A stretch of 64,000 bases of DNA, from assembly GCA_964247055.1 (NCBI GenBank), contig OZ176051.1:11470001-11534000 (forward strand). Direction: 5' to 3'. The notes beneath the pieces were generated by a model. That model saw nothing but the letters and a program-made list of their open reading frames with translations, searched no databases and was not told the DNA's origin. Of this stretch, positions 49,300 through 61,176 are shown piece after piece. The translations under genes and the position numbers were made by a program. Position 1 is the first letter of the stretch; every line of letters starts with the position of its first letter. Source of the DNA: Paragordius varius. Lineage: Eukaryota > Animalia > Nematomorpha.

Positions 49300-50220
49300 T
49301 TTGATAATATTAAATTGTGTAGAAAAGCTGTTTATCGCTATTTTACCAGATATCAAAGCTTTTGTGTATTGGTAAACTGGTAATTTAAAGAGAAAAGTAC
49401 GGCGGTCACGATAAAAATTTTCATCAAGCGTAAGGTATATTTCACTGGTTTTTCTGTGTTAGACGGAGCATTGTCATAGGGCAAAATATCTTGCCATGCT
49501 TTTTGGCTCATTTTGGTCTTTTCTATTACAGCATGGTTTGGTGGCGTTGTTAATATTAGGTTTCACAAATATATAATACTAGATAGATACCACTCTGGTC
49601 CAACAAGACGCAGAAAATTACCATCTTTCAATTTGTCTTGGCGTGAAAGAAACTTAAAAGATGCTACGATTCTTTATGTTATGGATTTGCAAAATAAAAC
49701 TCTTTCTCATCACCCATACAAATCGATAAATGACTGTTATTTTGTGATACTCTATTAGACGTTTGAATTGTGATGGACCAATATACCGGTTTATTGGTCT
49801 TTTGCTCATAGACGTTTATGGATTGTTTTTTGTGTTTCACCTAATCCTTCCGCCAATTCTCATTAAGCTTGCGGTGGGTCATTCTCTATTAATTGTTGTC
49901 TTTATTGTCTTCGCAGTTGTGTAGTCAAGCGCCGACTCTCTTCACATTCAAATTCAAAAATTTGAAACTATTTTTCACATGTTTTTACCTGTGGTACCTC
50001 TTTACCATATGGTATCAGCATGGGTTTAATGGACTTTTTTCTTATGGAAGAAAGCAATACGGCCGCAAATATTCTTTTTCGAACATAAAATTCGACATCA
50101 TTAATGAATAATAAAAATAGGAGGCTAGTTTTTGGATAAAACTTGTGGGTGCTTTTTGTTTAATTAAAGATAAACAAAATAACATTTCAACCGAATCCAT
50201 TTGCTGCGTATTTCGCTTAA
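49300..50220 (-). mobile_element. Mos1-like mariner remnant
   Basis: MSNFMFEKEYLR (ATG at 50098), ENDPPQA..ELAEGLG, SICMGDEKEFYFANP and DNAPS. Shares sequence with the 44510 copy. Confidence 0.8.
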
Positions 50221-51257
50221 ATTAAAAGGGGATGAATGACCTTTGATTACACATGTATTTATAGGGCAAATTTAGGGTCAAAAATGTAGGCTTTCAAATA
50301 TTCTCATTTTTGGAGGGTGATAGGTTTTAAATATAATGCAAGATTGTGGCATCGATATGGAGAGATGAAAATTACATTTTCCTAATCCAAAACATTGGAG
50401 TAGTTTTTTTTAATAATAATGCTTATTTTCATATTTTGGTAAAAATATTTAACAATAAGAATATTATTTTAACGCTTAAATTCTCTATCCAAGGTTTGGG
50501 GTTAATATGTTCTAAAATATGTTGAGAAGTTAATGTGGATAAAATCTTTTTAAACATAGTTTTGCGGCCCGCAAAAATTTCAGATACATAATTTTAGCAA
50601 TTTAACTAGTGTGATTTTTTAGAACAAATTTTTTCAATAATTTTCCCCGAATTTCGGCCATGAAGTAGCAAAAAATATTGAGATAAATAGTAGTATCTAC
50701 AAACTCATGTTACTAACTTAATAGAATATTTTGCAGCGTCCAAACACAATAATATAAAGCAACTAAAAATTGAATAACAATTCTATTTTACATATATATT
50801 CGTGGTATATTCAATAAGTTACGATTAAATTATTCTAGTTTAAAAAATAAATTCCTTAATATGTTGCCATGAAGCGTGATCAATAGTTCTTGTATTTTTT
50901 AAACATTTGGGGTCACTAAAAGGCCTTATTTATCTCTAAATATTTGTTTGTTAATAGTACCACCATTTTTTACGTCCCTTTTTGGTGATAGTGATAAAAT
51001 AGCGGTCAAGTTAATAAAAAATTAAATTTGTTTCTATAGATTCTATTTCAAAAAATATATAATTTATTTTTAATGAAACCTCATAAATATATAGAAGATG
51101 GTTAAAATAAATAAATATGGTAACATTGAAATCGAAATGACCAATATAGTAAACTAACGTTTCTGGCGCAACCGTAGAGTTTTTATTGGTAAGATAAAAC
51201 ACATTTTAACAGTAACTCCAAACCGCATTAAAGGATTACATAGCTAGCCTATTAAAT

Positions 51258-51281
51258 GTATATATATATATATATATATAT
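51258..51281. repeat. (TA)n microsatellite
   Basis: TA run. Confidence 0.9.
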
Positions 51282-51497
51282 AACTGTTTTGGAAACAAAA
51301 GAAAAAATTCGACACCAAGCGACATCTTCAAAGAAAATATAATATATATTAATAGTAGAATTATGAATTTATCTTTGACCATTTATCCTTACAAAATGAC
51401 CATCGAATTATTCAAAAAATGGGATTTCTATCAAAAGAATTATGGAATAATCTTTAACATTATGTATTCTGAGCTTTAATTTGGTTATGGAATGTAT

Positions 51498-51537
51498 ACA
51501 TATATATATATATATTTATATATATATATATATATAT
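51498..51537. repeat. Interrupted (TA)n microsatellite
   Basis: TA run with one interruption. Confidence 0.9.
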
Positions 51538-53959
51538 AACAATAATATTATTCGTGTCATGGCAAATTCAATTTTGTGGTCTTTGTTTAAGATTTACTCA
51601 TAATTTTTTATTTCGACCTAATCTAATCAGTCTCATTAATTATATTAAATTCGACATAATTATGAGATAATTTATAAATTTTATTAAAATATTCGATTAG
51701 TTTTCCTTTAAAATGTCTTTAAAACTTGTTTAAATAAATCTTAAATATCGTTATAGGTAATGCGTTAAGGATTATTAATTCTGTAAATAAAGGTAAAATT
51801 AAAATATCTAACCCGAAATCTCCAGATAAACTTTTGAATTCCACATCATTTCATAAAAATTTAGTGTAACAAATTCAAATAACACTATTCTGTATTTTTA
51901 AAGGAAATATTTAGAAATTAATAAATTGATAAAGATGTAATATTTTGTGTTTAAACAATTTTCGTAATATAGCCATTTGTCTCAATAAATCATATACGGC
52001 TATTTAACTATTGTGGCGTTAATTATTTGCACGCATTATATATATATATAATGAAATTTAATGATATTTTAATGTATTAATATATATGAATACTAGTTTG
52101 ATTTCAATATATTTTCTTTTATTGCACAAACAATTAAAAACTTGGATAATATCTGATAATATAATATAATAATTTTATGTATAAGGCAGAAAGATATTTG
52201 GCGCACGTTAATTTTATTAAAAGGGATATTTTCATATATAATTAATTCATATTGATTGATTATTAATTATGAACGACTTGAAATATATTTTTCGATGCCT
52301 CATAAATTTAATTTTAAATATAATTTGTTTTTCAGTAACGGAATCGTATAACCTTACTATTTATGTGGTTTTTTTTGTTAAAATAATAATTTTCAAGATT
52401 TTATTTGGTTGTAAAACAAGAATGCAGTTTGATTGTCTTGAAGTAGACTTGTCAAATTTTCATATTTTTTTACTGCAATGAATTCTATGCAACGCATATC
52501 TTATTAAAATTAAATTATACTATCTATAGTGATGACAAAAAATTATTTATATTTTTTATTTTTTTATGACGCAAACAATAAGACTTATTTCCTGTTAAAT
52601 TTGTTAAATCACTATTTGGTTGTTAGTTACATCATGCACAAGGCCACTCAAAAGTAAGTTTTTTTTTCTTTTAAACCAGTTAGAAAACACCTTAAAGTCT
52701 TCATTTATGACTGGGAAAAAATAAATATGAAATAAGAAAAAATTATTTTAATCATATTATTATACAAATTATAATAAGTTATTTAGCATGGCATTTTGAC
52801 ATATTGTGTAGACAAAATTTGTGTGTGTAATTTACATAAATTTAATTAAATTCTACCAAATTTAGGTTGATAAAAGAATAAAAATTTTTTTTTAAACTAT
52901 TAAATATTTAAATTAAAGCATCTTAAATATCTTTACAATATGTTAGCATTAAATAAAATCATTTATGGTATTTTATTAAAGGGTTCATCGCAAATATGTT
53001 CCCCCAAAAAAGGGTGGACATAAGAATAAGATGGGTGGATTACAATATTGTGCATTTTTTAGGAAATAAAACCACAATAATATACTGCATAATTTTAAAG
53101 TTTATGATTATTTCATCAGATGAAAAATTAAAATACAGAGTTAGAATTTGGTAATCATTGTTCCATAAAACAGTTTAAGGGGGCGTTCCATAAGTTATTT
53201 TAAAAAACACCATAATACTCATGGCATAATTAAAATATAATGGTATTATTTTGGGTTATAAATGGTTTTCACCCAAAAAAATTTAAAAAGTTAAAGGGCA
53301 CCTAGAAAAATTTTTATATTTTTAGGAATCGTTCATAATTTCGACTAATTAATAAATTTTATTTTTTGCCGGTAACGGTATCTGAAACTAACCTTTATTA
53401 ATTGATTCATAAATAAATTATAAAGAGATATTAGAAAGTTTTTGGCCTCGTTTTCCGAAGTGTTTTCAAGACACCATTTTACACTTTGAACGTAAATCCA
53501 CAAACTTAATTAAAACAAAACCTTTCAAAAGGCTGATTATTAAAAATAAGCTCCAGCTTAATTTTGTAAATATTGTTGCCTTATCGTCCTGAATCAATAT
53601 TAAATTTGTTAAATAATAATTAATGGATCCAATTTTGTTGTTTTTTTATTAGTTTTGTTCTATCAATAACAATCAAGTTTGACATTTAAAGAGGTCGATA
53701 ACAAAAAATTGATTAAATTGTAAACGACAGAAAAATATCCTGATGATATATATCTTTTGCTAGGCATCAAAATTATCAATTTTCTTTTGATTTTGGCCCT
53801 TGAAAGTGATTTGAGAAAATTATTTACACTTTTTGGATAGTATTCCACATAAAATGGCATTGCGCATTTTTTAATAAATTTTTATGGTAAAAGCTTATTC
53901 TTTCCAAAAAAATATTACTAAAATAAATTATAAACCACATATAAAAAGCAAGATAATAT

Positions 53960-54400
53960 TTTTTACGCTTAAAAAATTGTCAAAAATTAAATTTTTGGAA
54001 AAAGGTATCCATTTAAATATTAGTTGATATTAAAATTTAGCATACATTTAATTTTTTCACGCACGGCATTTTTGTGTTTATTTTAAAAGAACTAGCCCAT
54101 TAGAAGAGCAAAAATATTTGGGACTTTCGCAGTCGTCCATATCTGAATTTTTTTAAAAATATTGTTTTGGTCTTTATATGTAGTTTAGGATATATTTTAT
54201 AATATTTTTAGGAATGAAGCATTTACCATAAAATTTGCTTAACAATATGTGCCCAGATGCCATTTTCTGATATTGATCACTTGCCAAAAAAGTGTAAATA
54301 AGTTTCCTAAACCACTCGTAAGGCCAAAACTAAAAGAACCATGATAATCCTAATACATTTTCATATTAGAATATATATATTTAATAAGAATATTTTTTAT
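53960..54400 (+). repeat. Family F copy
   Basis: Same blocks as 31880-32340. Confidence 0.7.
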
Positions 54401-55348
54401 ACCACCGATTTCGGACGTAGTGTATTTTAAAGTGAATATTTTTAAAATGACTTTGTTTATATATTTTTATGCCAACTTTATTATTTTACCCCTGTAAGCG
54501 GAACAAGTATCAAGGGAAAGGCAAAACCATCTTAACACAAAATTTGGACTGCATACTTAAAATTTTTAACTGGTAGTGATTTTTTAAATAATAAAAACAA
54601 CCACGGTTTCAATCCTAAAACGGTAATTTTGGTCGGATCAAATATTTTTCAATGATAATTGAGAAGGCTTTTGATCCTTAAAAATTATAATATCGCAAAA
54701 ATACTTTAAAGTTGCATATTCTTAGGAAATTATGACGATAAAACCCATACTTTTGCCATTTAATGCTATAAGATTTAGGTATAATACTATGTCAGATAGG
54801 CAACTTCTGATTAATTACAATTACGACTTATCTCTAACAATTACAAAATAAAAAATTATCCTGAGACCATTCTTCCTTACCAACACCTTTGAGACATTTT
54901 TAATGGATTATTGTAGTTTTCATCGGGGTTTATTAAAAATTGGCATTGTTGCACCAAATTAAAATGTTTCAAAATTTTAACGAATCACGCAATAAATCAT
55001 AGCGATTATGTTATTTAGGTATTATTTAATTATATTTTTCTAATACGATGCCTTACATTGGTAAAAACTTATTGTCATTTAGATTTGTCCTTGATTTTAC
55101 TTGTAGTTTAGAATAATTGATTAATCTAATATTAATGCTTGTTTGAGTTTATCATAAATTGAATTATTTTATCAAATCAAGATAAGTATTAAGTGTTTTA
55201 GCGTTAGATTTGTTAATGTGCGTGCACATTGAGGACTCGACCCATATACCAATGAATAAACGAATCAAACCCTTATATCTTGGGTAGGATGTGATTTAAA
55301 CTTCACCACAGAGACTGGTTCTTAATGTTCATAATTAACCAATTTTAC

Positions 55349-55433
55349 CATAGTAATTAACACAAATGGCTTCACAATCCGATTTTTTGATCCAAAAAAT
55401 TAGGCCCAAGATAAAAATAATTGCCAGTATCAT
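55349..55433 (-). CDS. Candidate signal-peptide first exon, possibly of the Dpr-like gene
   Basis: MILAIIFILGLIFWIKKSDCEAICVNYY g|gtaaaa. Phase 1 is compatible with the phase-1 acceptor at 46577. Confidence 0.3.
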
Positions 55434-56197
55434 CGATCGATTTTTAATTATGTTTATTATTCCAAAAAATTAGTTGAACAATTTTATTAACTTTTGAGTC
55501 AAAGCCTCACATTACTGTAATTTTTGGCTTAATCTCCGTTGAATTAAAAAAAGTTTTTGATTAACAAAACTTTGTTTTCAGCGAAAGCCAATTAATATGC
55601 TTTTCGCTGGCCCATTTTAATTTTTAAACTTTTTCTATCAAGTTTAAGGATATTCTAAGGCCATAATATAATAGCTTTTATTATATTAAACTATAATTAA
55701 AAAATTTAATTAAATTTTAATTCTTAATTGGGGGCCTTCAATATCGCAATGAGACTCTCAATAGGATCCAAGCAAAAACGCTGAAATTGGCTCGATAATA
55801 TTTTTTTATGCTATATTTAGTCATTAACAATTTATTTTTATAAAAGAGAGTTTTTCTAATTAATTATTAAAATTTTGTTCAACCGTTAAAATGGTTTTTT
55901 GAAGCATGGTGGAAACGGTAAAACACTCAAAAATATTATAAAAGGCTTCTATATGAGCTCGATGATGCTGAATATTTATATAGCTTATTTAATAAAAAAC
56001 CGGTTTTACTTCAAATATAAATGTTAGTGAAATACAGTGGCGTACCGAGCATTTGCGGCGCCCGGGGCATAAAACTTCTATGGCGCCCCCCCCCCCCCTC
56101 CCCTTTTTTTTAAAAGCCAATAATACAATTTAGTAAAAAAATACAAACGTTGAACCTTAACACCATAGATAAGACAGCACAGTCATATAAATTTTAA

Positions 56198-56202
<5 letters not shown>

Positions 56203-56249
<47 letters not shown>
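56203..56249. repeat. (TA)n microsatellite merged with the hAT-B left TSD
   Basis: Pure TA run ending at the TIR. Confidence 0.95.
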
Positions 56250-56252
<3 letters not shown>

Positions 56253-58108
56253 GGCTTCTTAAACTATGGGTCGCGACCCCAAATGGGGTCGCGAGTGATA
56301 AAATTAAAATTTAACAAAAAATGTTTTTTAACTTGTAAAATCTATATGTTTATAAAAATGGAAAATGCGGCTTTGTATGTTTCCGGAAAACCGGTAGACC
56401 CATTGATATCCAAATGTCGAAAAAATATAATCAATAATGAATGCCCCGACAATAGCTGCGTCTTTTTTTGAATTAGGCCCCCAGTTCAAGCCCACGTGTA
56501 AAAAACGGTTTTTTTTGAAAAATCGTGTCTTTGAGACAATTTTCCTGAAAACGTGTTGGATTATTCGATTTCACATATATTTTTTTACTTATTTTGCGCC
56601 GAACATAGGCTCGCTTTTTTAATTTCCACCCCCTTTTTACCCGCTCCCCCCGTAAAATGCCATTTTTTCAAAAAATTTGTCCACTAAAATAATTTTTTGA
56701 ATCTATTTTTCGCCCAAGGTACGAGACTCTAAGGATCCCAGGTATTCCCTGTTAAAAGGCATATATTTTAGTTTTTTATATTGGCTGCTGTGTAAATAGA
56801 TACCCGCCAAAAATTGCCCCATCATAAGAAGATAGCGCGCCCTTGTGGTTAAATTTCAAAAAACCTATCAGGCCATATCAATAAAAAATATTACCAATAA
56901 CAGGGCAATAATTTAGGTCGTACGAATTTTTATTCACGCCCTGAAAAATACGCCACTATACAATGATTTTTTAGTTATAAGGCAATTTTTCCAAAACCTA
57001 ATGAGAGCATATGGAATCAATAATGATTCCAGGTATTCTCCGTAAAAACGCAAAAATTTCAATCAAGCGTTTTTTTGTATCAGCTTTTGGGTTAGGAGCT
57101 ACTTGCCTAAAACTGCGCCACCATATCGATACAGCGTGACTTTGGAGGCAAATGTTAGAAAACTTATCAAGCCATATGGGTTCAATAAGGGCTTGAAATA
57201 TTACCTAAAAAAAGCAAAAATTTGAGTAGAGCGGTTTTATTAAATTACCCTTAATTAAACCCTTTCCCTGAAAAAATGCGCCACCATAGAATGACTTTTT
57301 GGTTTTGGGGCACCAGGAGGGCATATGGAATCAATCATGATTCCAGGTATTGCCCGAATTAAGGCAAAAATTTTAATTAAGCGTTTTTTTTTCGCCTCTG
57401 GTTAGAGGCTACCCGCGTAAAACTGCGTCCAATCTCGATACAGCAAGCCAAATTTCAGAAAACCTATGAGTCTAATAGGAACATTGAATTCCACGATAAT
57501 TCCAGATAATCCCCATATGAGGGCAAAAATTTCAACCAGCGCTTTTTTATACCTGCCCTAGGTTAGGAGTACCCTCCACAAACTGCTCCACTATATAGAA
57601 ATTGCTTGATTTGGAGCTAATTTACAGAAAATTTAAAAGGCATATGAGCTCATTACCTTGAAATATTATCCGTAACTAAATAAAAAATCAGGCGTTTTTT
57701 ATAGCAGTTAATTTGTGGCTTTTATGCCCTAAAAGTACGCCATCTTTTAACAATAATTTAGTGTTGAGGTATTTTTTCGAAACTCCATAAATGTCAAAGA
57801 TGATTCCAAATATTTGTCAATAAGAAGCCATACGAGTTCAGTTAAACACATTTCTGGGGAATTTGTAGAATATCATTCTTTCCTTCAAAAAGGCCACCGA
57901 TCAATAACTTGTATAACTTTACTATGAATCAGAAGATGTTAAAGAAATTTATAAAAATGTAAATTTATGTTTGTAAATCTCTTAAAACCGAAATAATCCT
58001 GATAAATATTATCAACAAAATTTATAAGCGTTTTTCGAATTGTTGGGGTCGTTAAGAAACTCGATATCATAAATGGGGTAGGGAATTACAAAAGTTTAAA
58101 AAGCCCTG
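56250..58108 (+). mobile_element. hAT family B, complete copy
   Basis: TIR CAGGGCTTCTTAAACT / AGTTTAAAAAGCCCTG. TSD ATATATAT / ATCTATAT (7/8 match). Confidence 0.85.
56341..57900 (+). mobile_element. Helitron family C, copy 5 (inside hAT-B)
   Basis: A|TCTATATGTTTATAAAAATG at 56340/56341; 3'-truncated. Confidence 0.85.
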
Positions 58109-58177
58109 ATCTATATGATAGTAAATTTATTCCTTTTTGAATGCATAAATATTCTAATAAATTCTATAATATAGAAA

Positions 58178-59481
58178 TCTATATAATTATAAAAATGGAA
58201 AATGGTGGCTTTGTGATCTGTTTCCGAAAAACCGGTAGACCCAATCAAATCCAAACATCGAAAAAATATAATCATTAATAAATGCCCCGACAATAGCTTC
58301 GCCCTTTTTTGAAATAGGCCCCCAGTTCGGGCACACCCCGTGTAAAAAACGGTTTTCTTTGAAAACAGAAGTCTACAAAAATCGTGTCTTTGAGACAATC
58401 TTCCGGAGAACGTGTTGAAACATATTTCAAATGTGATTTTCGTTTACCATTTTCGATTGCGCCGAAAATGGTCGTCTCTGTTTTTTAATTTAGGCCCTAT
58501 ATTTACTTGCTCCCCCCATAAAATGCCATTTTTTTCAAAAAAACAAAGTCCACAAAAATAATTTATTAAATCTGTTTTTCGCCCTAGGTGTGAGATCGTT
58601 TGGCCCAAGTAAACAATATATTAGTATGGATGCACCGTTTTAAAATTTAATGAGATCATAGCTAAATAATGTTTTGAAATACTTTCAACTAGGGTTGTGC
58701 ATTTGACTGCTTTTTCAAAAAAGTCCGGTCAGACCCGGTCAGACCATAGTCATGACCACGGTCATGACCACTTTTTACTTAAGTTACCATTCGATATTGG
58801 ATTGCAAAAATAATGTTAGAACGACACTTGCATTTTATTATTAATATCACATTTTTCCTTAAAAGTTTGTATTATACTTTCTAATATTTATTATTTACGA
58901 ATATATTTAATCAAATTTAATCAAGAATTTTGTTTTCAAATAAATTTTGGCACATGTTTGTGGCTTTATGAATACATAGCTTTTACTTGATTTTTTGAAT
59001 AAAATTTTACCTAGTTTGTTTTACATTTTCTTTTATCATTGGAATATCCAATTACAAAATGTTTTTTCATTTTATTGGTTCACACATATGGAAGAATTGG
59101 ATATTTTGCGAAGTGCCTGATTGTTTTGTTTTTCGCAATGACTGGATAAAATGTTAATGTTATAAGGATGCATGTTAAACAATTTTATATTTTTAAATAA
59201 GGAAATTTCAATAATTAATCTATATTTTTTAAAATATATATCAAAAAATAATATAATCTTAGTATCTCTATTCCAAAGAAAATTTACCAGCAATTTTTCA
59301 GAAAACAGCTGTTATTTTAAATGACCATGGTCAAAAAATAAATAGTCACTGACCAAGTCATGACCCGTTCACTTGACTGGGTCATGACTTGGTCAGCACA
59401 ACCCTACTTTTAACGCTCCCCTCCCACCCGGAAGTCCGAAGGACTTCCTCGGGTTGCTTAGCAGCCCGAGATTTTCGCTAG
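58178..59481 (+). mobile_element. Helitron family C 5' end joined to a different 3' terminus (copy 6)
   Basis: A|TCTATATAATTATAAAAATG at 58178. About 410 bp of family C, then unrelated sequence, two GC hairpins and CTAG|T at 59478-59482. Confidence 0.7.
58690..59406 (-). mobile_element. hAT-type MITE family D, copy 2
   Basis: Perfect 11-bp TIR TAGGGTTGTGC / GCACAACCCTA. TSD CTTTCAAC / CTTTTAAC (7/8 match). Confidence 0.88.
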
Positions 59482-60604
59482 TTATATATAAAAATAATGT
59501 TTTTGTTGCATATATTGAATTGATCTTATGATAATGGCAAACAATAATGATTTAAAAAATAATTGTAAATCTAGAAGAATTTTACAATACTTAAACAGAA
59601 TTATAATGCATTTTATTTAATAAAATATTAATTATATGAAGATTTTATCACTTGGAAAGGAAAAAAGCAACCTAGAGAAAAATATCTTTTATGTAAAAAT
59701 TTTTCTGGCTTTTGATATTGCAAAATTATCAATTATATTATAAAAATCTATCATATTTTTCTTTTTCCACTCTCAACAATGTTAAGTCATTCTGTATGGT
59801 ACTAATTAAATGAATAATATAGATATATTTTAGGGATTATTACTCAATTGCTGAAAAATCTCATTTGAAAGTTCTTATTATTTTTGGATAATTAAAATTT
59901 AATTTTAAAAAATCATTTAGGCGCCCCTAAATAACGGCGCCCGGGGCATGATGCACCCCCTTGCCCCCCCGTCGGTACCTGGTGAAATACTGTAAGTTAA
60001 ATGCCAATAATAAATTCTGAGGTAAAGAAAATGTTCTGCATTATCGAATTATGGAGATAAAGTACTTTTTAACGTTTTCATATTGAATATAAAATGCGAT
60101 TTAACGAAATTGTCTGAAATTTATTGCCAAGTATATTTCCAAACTTATATTGATCTTATAATGCAAATAAAGAATTAAGAACGAAAAGGACAGTGAAAAT
60201 GATACATTCTCGTAATTTTAAATTTTTTATAAGGATACATATTATGGCCCACGATTTTTTTGACTGTGTTACAATCGATAGACTTATAAATATATTAAAA
60301 ACTATTTGTGTTTATATTTTAAAAATATTAGAGTTTATTAGGATAATTTTAGGTTATTACAAAACATAATCAATCCGTCATTTACCATTAAGTTTTAATA
60401 AATTTATGGATGTATACATAATTTATAATGAAATTGAGACAATATCAGTTTTCAGGACAAAAAACCATTTAATTAATAAAATTATTTAAAAACACTTTAG
60501 TATGTGCAACTATATAAAGAATATAATTTAGGATGATATATGAACAGTAATTTGTAAAGTGTCAGCACAAATTAATGGTAAAATAATTCCTAAATATATC
60601 ATGG

Positions 60605-60966
60605 TCATGGTGTTGTGATTGGAGAAAACAATACTGTGGTCCTTCTTCTTATGCCAGTGGATAAGGTACTCATCATAGAAGAAGGAATCATAGATGATAG
60701 GGTACTTAATGGAGGAAAAGGCCTAACCCTTGACACTCTTGGTGAAAATAGTATACGAGTTCGACCTCTAATTCTAGGTACTCGAGTCCGTTTGGTCCTA
60801 ACCGTCCGTGTGAATAGGCGGCGGGTTGTTAAGCGCCTCCTCCTTCTTGTATGTGCATTTCGCCTTACATCAAATCCTCGAATGCTTATAGTGGGTGCAG
60901 TTACAGAACAGTTTGGTCTACAACGATAAGGGTGCCCACGACATCGCAGTTCAACGGGAAAACATT
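60605..60966 (-). CDS. Secreted Cys/Arg-rich protein, paralog 2, exon 2 (gene 60605-61176, 142 aa)
   Basis: aaaatag| (K)CFPVELRCRGHPYRCRPNC...LTTRRLFTRTVRTKRTR...Ser/Thr tail, stop TGA at 60605-60607. Confidence 0.85.
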
Positions 60967-61109
60967 CTATTTTGAACAAAGGGAACAGTCATATATATAT
61001 ATTATATATATATATATATAAGGATAAATTGGTCAATAGTAAAAATTAATAACATGGGGTTTTTTGAGTATGGCTTATTTTTTTGTGAAATATTTTATTA
61101 GCATTTTAC

Positions 61110-61176
61110 TTGCTTTTTGGGATTCACCTGTCCAAATGATTGAAAATGAAAGCAATATTAAGTATAAAAGATTCAT
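61110..61176 (-). CDS. Paralog 2, exon 1 (signal peptide)
   Basis: MNLLYLILLSFSIIWTGESQKA a|gtaaaa. The 143-bp phase-1 intron is at the same position as in paralog 1. Confidence 0.8.

Larger units (their letters stand above)
56035..59981. mobile_element. hAT family A, non-autonomous copy carrying four nested elements
   Basis: Left TIR CAGTGGCGTAC; right end GTACCTG (4-bp deletion). Exact TSD GTGAAATA at 56027-56034 and 59982-59989. Both ends match 12187-14150. Confidence 0.88.

Noticed and set aside
7195-53750. Other CTGATGA / TCATCAG matches (about 7195, 13659, 14335, 33183, 44168, 53114, 53740)
   Set aside because: None is followed by a stem II and GAAA in hammerhead geometry.
55321-55348. 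Possible 24-28 nt micro-introns (also 11004-11027)
   Set aside because: Well-supported introns in this window are 77 bp or longer. Such short GT-AG pairs arise by chance in AT-rich DNA.
60615-60929. 104-aa plus-strand ORF
   Set aside because: Antisense shadow of paralog 2.
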